Source: an uncultured delta proteobacterium (GTDB taxonomy: Bacteria > Bdellovibrionota > FAC87 > UBA2466). From it: a stretch of DNA of 64,000 nt. The position numbers were made by a program, and so were the translations under genes. Of the stretch, positions 58,487 to 64,000 are shown in pieces (within the stretch, counting starts at the first letter, position 1; the number at the start of each line of letters is the position of its first letter). The notes under the pieces were generated by a model. It was given only the letters and a program-made list of their open reading frames with translations, did not search any database and was not told the DNA's origin. The DNA is taken from assembly GCA_963778115.1 (NCBI GenBank), contig CAVZSV010000004.1, forward strand, positions 1,376,001 to 1,440,000. Direction: 5' to 3'.

Positions 58487-59634
58487 TTCCAAGGCTTGTG
58501 CATAGCGGGTACCCGAATCCAGACGGCGCGCGGGTGCTTGCAATCGATGATAAGCGTGAAAACTTGTATGCCTTGGAAAAACTTCTGAAGGATTTAAATA
58601 TTGAGTTCGTTGCCGCCTATTCACCCAATGAAGGTTTGGCCAAAGCGCTGGAGCAGGAATATGCGTGCATTCTTCTCGACGTCCGAATGCCTGGGATGGA
58701 TGGGTTCGAAGTGGCGCGCCTTCTTCGTGAAGATGATGAGACAGCCCAGATGCCCATTATTTTTCTCACAGCGAGCCTTCGCGGGAGTGAGGATATCTTT
58801 CGCGGGTACGCAGTCGGTGCCATCGATTATCTTGTCAAGCCTTTGGACCCCAGTGTTTTAAAGAGCAAAGTGAGTGCCTTCGCAGCACTCTACCTTCAAC
58901 GCAGGGAGCTTAAGCGACTCAATGAAGAACTAAAGCGTTCCAACGACGATCTGGAACGCTTTGCCTATTTGGTTTCTCATGACCTAAAACAGCCGCTTAG
59001 AACGATCAACACTTATTGCTCGATGGCGGAAAAGGCGTCGAGTTCCGTGCTCAAGTCGCAAGACCTTCAATGGATTTCATCGGCAGCCTCGGCGGCCAGA
59101 AGGGCTTCGGAAACCGTTGAAGACATCTTATCTTTTTCAAGATTAGTACGAGATCCCGCCCACATTGAGCAGGTCAATGTGCAGACCATCGTTTCCGAGG
59201 TCACAACGGATCTCGAGGTCTCTATTCGAGAGTGCGGCGCGGTCGTAACTACTTCCTCCCTTCCGGAAGTGATGTCTAGTCAGGTTCATCTGCATCGCAT
59301 TTTTCAGAACCTGATACAAAACGCCCTAACCTACCGAAAAGCGGACGTCTCTCCGGAAATTCACGTCAGCGCGCGAAAAGAAGCTAATAGCTGGTTTTTT
59401 TCCGTCAAGGACAATGGGATCGGGATCGCCCGGGAACATTTTGAAAAAATATTTGGCTTCTTCCAAAGGCTTCACGGTCCGGACCAGTATGGCGGAACTG
59501 GCTTGGGACTTGCCATTTGCAAGCGTATTTTAGAAATCCACGGGGGCGCCATCTGGTTGGAGTCTGAAGAGGGCGTGGGATCGGTTTTTCACTTCACCAT
59601 TCCGATATTTCCGGTAGGTACTGCCCCTCACTAA
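58483..59634 (+). CDS. Receiver-histidine kinase hybrid
   Basis: AIDD, LLDVRMP, FAYLVSHDLKQP, DNGIG, GTGLGL. Confidence 0.92.
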   Translation: MIPRLVHSGYPNPDGARVLAIDDKRENLYALEKLLKDLNIEFVAAYSPNEGLAKALEQEYACILLDVRMPGMDGFEVARLLREDDETAQMPIIFLTASLRGSEDIFRGYAVGAIDYLVKPLDPSVLKSKVSAFAALYLQRRELKRLNEELKRSNDDLERFAYLVSHDLKQPLRTINTYCSMAEKASSSVLKSQDLQWISSAASAARRASETVEDILSFSRLVRDPAHIEQVNVQTIVSEVTTDLEVSIRECGAVVTTSSLPEVMSSQVHLHRIFQNLIQNALTYRKADVSPEIHVSARKEANSWFFSVKDNGIGIAREHFEKIFGFFQRLHGPDQYGGTGLGLAICKRILEIHGGAIWLESEEGVGSVFHFTIPIFPVGTAPH

Positions 59635-59662
59635 TAATCTACCGTTTCGCACAGGTTGACGA

Positions 59663-60745
59663 TTGGAGCAAAAGGTGCCCGTCGACTTCCGGGACCCTTC
59701 TTCACCGCTTAGGTCCCAAAAGTCGACGGGCACCTTTTTTGGCACCTTTTTTCCCAAGGCGTTTTCTTCCAGAAGAGATGCGGAGGTATATGAAACCGAT
59801 CTAAAAAGACAGAAGCATTCCGGAGAGCACGTCACCAATCGAGCCAAGTACATTACGTTCGATGAATACTTCGTTCAGTGGTTTGAAACTCGAAAGAATC
59901 AAGCCACGGATGGATGGCGGAGAACGCAATTACATTTCTACCGCGATCATGTTCGTGAGGTCTTAGGCCGATTAACTCTGGCTTCGGTCTCTCCCCAGCA
60001 TGTCGCTAGGGTTCTCAATCAGATGGCAGAAAAGAAGCGCTCCGAACAGACCCGACTTCATGTTTACTCTTTAATGAGAAAGGCGTTCGGAGATGCGATC
60101 GAGATCTTTCACCTGATACACATCAATCCGGTTCACCGGTCTTTTAAACCAAGACTCCCCCAAAAGGAGGCGAGGTTTTTATCCGTGGACGAGGTGAGAA
60201 AGTTACTATTGCACGTACAAGGATCCCCTTATGAAATCGCCGTCTGGCTTGGAGCCTATATGGGCCTGAGAGTCGGTGAGATTCAGGCGTTACGATGGGA
60301 AGATGTCGATTTAGATCGGCAGGTTCTCCATGTGCGCCAGTCTTACTCAAAAGCAGACAGTGTAATGCGTGAGTACCCAAAGGGACGTCGACAGCATTCT
60401 CACCGCATTCCTGGGGAGCTTTTGGCCAAGCTTGGGACTCTGCCGCGATCAGAGAGTACGGACTTGGTCGCAGCTCCGGCTGGTTGGAAGATGCTCGACT
60501 ACTCGAAATACCGAAGAGTGCTTGAGCAGTTCTGCCGGGAAGCAGGTGTCCGGTCCATTGCGACTCATGGTCTGCGGCATTCGAGTTCGGAAGTCTGGAT
60601 GGAAGCGGGGGCGAGTCGAGATGATCTTCGGATCCTCTTCGCGCATCAGGACAGTAAGACGACCGACCGTTACATCCACGATCGCGGAGATCGATTGTCT
60701 AAAGTGGCCGATGTTCTCCAACTGTTTCCCAGGAAAGCGCAGTGA
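59663..60745 (+). CDS. Phage-type tyrosine recombinase/integrase; native N-terminus apparently replaced by repeat D
   Basis: GLRVGE, PKG, HGLRH, AH and TDRY catalytic motifs are intact. The first ~30 codons are translated repeat. Confidence 0.88.
   Translation: MEQKVPVDFRDPSSPLRSQKSTGTFFGTFFPKAFSSRRDAEVYETDLKRQKHSGEHVTNRAKYITFDEYFVQWFETRKNQATDGWRRTQLHFYRDHVREVLGRLTLASVSPQHVARVLNQMAEKKRSEQTRLHVYSLMRKAFGDAIEIFHLIHINPVHRSFKPRLPQKEARFLSVDEVRKLLLHVQGSPYEIAVWLGAYMGLRVGEIQALRWEDVDLDRQVLHVRQSYSKADSVMREYPKGRRQHSHRIPGELLAKLGTLPRSESTDLVAAPAGWKMLDYSKYRRVLEQFCREAGVRSIATHGLRHSSSEVWMEAGASRDDLRILFAHQDSKTTDRYIHDRGDRLSKVADVLQLFPRKAQ
59665..59752. repeat. Hairpin element, subtype GTCGAC, copy D
   Basis: 59665-59740 matches 53688-53763 at 75/76 nt; extra GGCACCT6 tail. 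Confidence 0.92.
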
Positions 60746-60748
60746 GAG

Positions 60749-60768
60749 TTTCCACGGAATTTCCACGG
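60749..60768. repeat. Tandem 9 bp direct repeat, possible integrase arm-type sites
   Basis: TTTCCACGG-AA-TTTCCACGG between the integrase stop and the tRNA 3' end. Confidence 0.5.
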
Positions 60769-60836
60769 CGATGAAAAATGGGAACAAAAAAAATCGCGGA
60801 CGATTCATTCGTCAGCGATATCAAAACTTTAGAATA

Positions 60837-60910
<74 letters not shown>

Positions 60911-60998
60911 AAAGTAAGAAACAAAGATGTTCCGGATACTTGCATTAGCCTGATTTTATTGTCAATCGCCGATTAAACCAGGGGAAAATTGTCCAATT

Positions 60999-61826
60999 TT
61001 AGGCCGTTGCCGCAGCGTACGATCCTAGGATTCGAACCGATTTGGCGAACTTTTTTAATGCCAAAAGCGCCTCCTCCGAAGATCTTGCGTGAAAACTTCC
61101 CTCAAAATCCAAATAAAACCGGTACTCCCACGGAGTTTCCGGAATCGGACGCGACTCCACCTTAAAGAGCTGAAGACCACGCTCCGCAAATGTTCCAAGG
61201 GCCGAATGAAGGGCTCCAGGCACACTCTTTAAGACGAAAGCGACAGAAGTCTTACACTTTTTTCCCTTAGGTCTGACCTCATTCTTAGTCAAAACCACAA
61301 AACGCGTATGGTTAGTGGGATTATCTTCGATTCCCTCTTTTAACGTGCGAAGGCCATAATAGTGAGCGGCTAGCGGACTTGCGATGGCACCACTAGTCGA
61401 ATCGCCCGACTCTTGAATATATTTTGCGGCTCCCGCCGTATCAAAATAGGGGACGGGTTTAAGATTTCTATGGGATTTCAAAAAACGCTGGCACTGCCAC
61501 AGCGCCTGGGGATGAGAATAGACATCCCGCAAATCGGAAAGTTTGCTCCTGGGATGGCACAGAAGCGAGTGGCTGATACGCGAAATGACCTCGCCGCAAA
61601 TCCAAACCCGGTGCTTTATCATCAGATCGAAATTCTGGTGAATACTTCCCGTAAGCGAATTCTCGATCGGAAGTACCCCATGCTTGGCCTTGCCGATCAC
61701 CACCGCACGAAACACATCTTCAAATTCAGCGCAAGCCAAGCCCTTGGATCGAGCCCCAAAGAATTTGCGACCCGATAGTTCGCTATACGCTCCAGCAACT
61801 CCCTGAAAAGCAAAAGAATAATTCAC
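60999..61826 (-). CDS. pheA: Prephenate dehydratase
   Basis: AFQGVAGAYSE, LPIENSLTG, SHPQAL, NHTRF, ACT domain with ESRP. Confidence 0.93.
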   Translation of the reverse strand: MNYSFAFQGVAGAYSELSGRKFFGARSKGLACAEFEDVFRAVVIGKAKHGVLPIENSLTGSIHQNFDLMIKHRVWICGEVISRISHSLLCHPRSKLSDLRDVYSHPQALWQCQRFLKSHRNLKPVPYFDTAGAAKYIQESGDSTSGAIASPLAAHYYGLRTLKEGIEDNPTNHTRFVVLTKNEVRPKGKKCKTSVAFVLKSVPGALHSALGTFAERGLQLFKVESRPIPETPWEYRFYLDFEGSFHARSSEEALLALKKFAKSVRILGSYAAATA

Positions 61827-61915
61827 AAAAGTTTCTATAACACAGGGATAACGGGTCCGGTGAATAGAATCATTCCGTCCTTTTCACTACTTTCACTCTT
61901 TGATAACTCTCTTCG

Positions 61916-62455
61916 ATGGCACTCTCTTCCACAGTCTACCGATTCAAGATTCAACTCTCAGACGTTCCTAGGGGAATCTACAAGCCCATTGAGCTTAGAG
62001 TCGCCATGCATCCCTCGGAGTCTAGCCCTTACTTACTGACACGAGTCATCGCCTACTGTCTTAATTGCCAGGAAGGTCTTGAATTCAGCCAAGGAATTGC
62101 TGCCACCGACGAGCCCGCTCTTTGGGTGAAAGATCTGACCGGACGGCTCACGCTGTGGATTGAAGTAGGAAATCCGACGGCACGACGACTTCATAAGGCT
62201 TCGAAAACCGCCCAGAAGGTTCGTATCTATACGTACCGAGATCCCGCTATTCTCCTTAAGGATATGCAAGAAGAGATCTACAAGAAGGACGAGATTGAAA
62301 TTTTTGCCATTCCGCCTTCCTTCCTAAAAGAGTTGGGAGAGACCCTCGACCGAGATAACGACTGGGAGCTTCTTTATAATGAGGGCGAGCTATCGGTTCA
62401 GGTAGGAGAGAAGTCGGCGGTAGGAGAGCTGACACGGCATCAGGCCAGAGATTAA
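61916..62455 (+). CDS. yaeQ: YaeQ family protein
   Basis: MALSSTVY, AMHPSE, DEPALW, WIEVGNP, RLHKASK. Confidence 0.9.
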   Translation: MALSSTVYRFKIQLSDVPRGIYKPIELRVAMHPSESSPYLLTRVIAYCLNCQEGLEFSQGIAATDEPALWVKDLTGRLTLWIEVGNPTARRLHKASKTAQKVRIYTYRDPAILLKDMQEEIYKKDEIEIFAIPPSFLKELGETLDRDNDWELLYNEGELSVQVGEKSAVGELTRHQARD

Positions 62456-62456
62456 T

Positions 62457-64000
62457 TCATTTTCGCTCAGGATCGGGAGCCCAATCCAGAAGACCTTTAA
62501 TGGCTTCCATTTCTGCGCTTAATCGCGGAATGTCTTCGGGATCGATTCCCTGGGCAACGTGAATCCGCTCTCTAGCTTCTCTTAGCCACTTACTGTCATC
62601 ATCCTCAAAAGGCCACCATCCCTTTTTATCCGCCACGGCTCCAAATACCGATGCCGCTAGCGCTGCGGCGGCAGCCGTGAACTTTATGGCATTGGCATTA
62701 TCATAGCGAGTCTTAAGAGCCGCCAGTTCATCGGGAAAGTCGGTGTGCAGTTGAGGCAATGTTAAACTCGTTTCCCCCCGCCTCAACTGCTCCATGTAGA
62801 TGTCATAATACCGAACCAAATTCCGGTACCTTTCGGCCAGCATTCCGTTCCTCAAAATAAAGTCGTTGTAGTCATCGCCTTTCCACTGTCCTGAAACGTC
62901 GTCCCTCGACTGTGAGCGATACTTATCTAGTTTTGAAAGATTATTTGCCAGCGAGTCGCGCGATGCTTGAAGTTCGGCCAATTTCTGACGTTTCGATGGG
63001 TCCGACTTTAACACTTCAACCTGCGATTGAATCGACGTTAAAAGGAGCTCTTCTCCGGTTTGGTATTGTTGATGGAGGGCATGTTCTTTTCTTCTTATAG
63101 GCTCCGACTGGCCTAAAATCCGTTGCCGAAGATTTTCAACCTCGTTGCCGTTGGTCAAATTCCCCTGCGGAGGGTGGGTATCGATATTGCCGCTGACTAT
63201 CTCATCGTAAGTGACATTATGTACCGTGGAACCATTTCTCGTCACGGGATAAGGATGCGCGACCATATGGGATGACGTCGTGGTATTTCCGTTCGCATCG
63301 GTACTCGTCGTAGTTTCGGTCGTCCATGTGTACTCGATATCTGTCCATGAATAGCGAAGCGGGATCTTCTCCCCAGTCTCCACCGCCAAAGCCTGAGCCA
63401 CATCGTTCGCGCGTTCATTTATCTTTCGAGCCGCTTCGTCATGTCGGATCTGACGTCCTTGGGCAGTGTAGCCTGCAATGCCCATTCCGGGCTTTCCTTG
63501 ACGATCCAAAGCGGCGTTAACCGTCGCCTCCATCCGATCCAAATCGCGTTCGGCGTGTCGTTGGGCCCGTGCCCTCTGCTCCGCTAAATCGATATGTTTA
63601 ATATTTCTATAGACCGCATAGGGATCCATCTCCGGAGAAGGGACCACATCGGGCGTATGAGAATCTCTCCCTAAAGCTTGATTAATCGCTTGGGTGGTAG
63701 AGCGAGACTCATCGATACTTCGTGCGAGTAGCCATCTAAGTTCAGAGACTTCCTGGGGGGTGAGTCCGAGCTCTTTAGCTTTTTTCAGGGCCACTTCAGA
63801 GACTTCGGAATCGGCCGCCGTGGTCACATGAAGGTTATTTCGCTGAACGTCCAAGAAATCCCGTATCGCTACGATCCTTGGATAAAGAGGAAAAATAAGT
63901 TGCTTCCACCATCCCGATCCCGGATAGCGATTGCCCTCATTATCTCTTTTTTGTGCTGCCGCTTTCACTAAGTTGGCTTCGGTCTCGTCCAACGCCCTTA
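62457..64000 (-). CDS. Hypothetical protein (5' end probably outside the window)
   Basis: Frame is open to the window edge; contains TTTSTDANGNTTTS and a hydrophobic segment near the C-terminus. Confidence 0.65.
   Translation of the reverse strand, partial: RALDETEANLVKAAAQKRDNEGNRYPGSGWWKQLIFPLYPRIVAIRDFLDVQRNNLHVTTAADSEVSEVALKKAKELGLTPQEVSELRWLLARSIDESRSTTQAINQALGRDSHTPDVVPSPEMDPYAVYRNIKHIDLAEQRARAQRHAERDLDRMEATVNAALDRQGKPGMGIAGYTAQGRQIRHDEAARKINERANDVAQALAVETGEKIPLRYSWTDIEYTWTTETTTSTDANGNTTTSSHMVAHPYPVTRNGSTVHNVTYDEIVSGNIDTHPPQGNLTNGNEVENLRQRILGQSEPIRRKEHALHQQYQTGEELLLTSIQSQVEVLKSDPSKRQKLAELQASRDSLANNLSKLDKYRSQSRDDVSGQWKGDDYNDFILRNGMLAERYRNLVRYYDIYMEQLRRGETSLTLPQLHTDFPDELAALKTRYDNANAIKFTAAAAALAASVFGAVADKKGWWPFEDDDSKWLREARERIHVAQGIDPEDIPRLSAEMEAIKGLLDWAPDPERK

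Noticed and set aside
45220..59752. CRISPR array or classical integron interpretation of the repeats
   Set aside because: No regular short spacers or cas genes, no attC core motifs, cargo in both orientations, and the integrase looks phage-type.

Overview
Bacterial chromosomal window, probably from a Bdellovibrionota/deltaproteobacterial lineage (inferred from Glt gliding-like genes and many secreted orphan proteins). Left part (1-21 kb): gltA/B-gltC-gltD-like cluster, ilvE, an RND-MFP-TolC efflux operon and thrS-infC-rpmI-rplT-pheS-pheT-MerR. infC has an ATT start, and four single-base frameshifts cluster at 13.7-16.1 kb, most likely sequence errors. Middle (21-45 kb): enzymes and secreted hypotheticals, rapA, a di-heme peroxidase paired with a beta-helix/cytochrome c protein, and a STAND ATPase. 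Right (45-61 kb): an accessory island ending in a tyrosine integrase next to the 3' end of tRNA-Pro(GGG). Most cargo modules in this island (papain-like protease, HEPN nuclease, clan CD-like protease, trypsin, IS4 remnant/serpin/truncated MFS, kinase-CheR-CheB) are bounded by imperfect hairpins sharing AAAAGGT...ACCTTTT ends. Matched subtypes flank single modules as direct repeats, the ends are stuttered, and two copies sit where genes are truncated. This hairpin-delimited cassette architecture is the best candidate for an undescribed system. All product calls come from motif recognition only; no database search was run.
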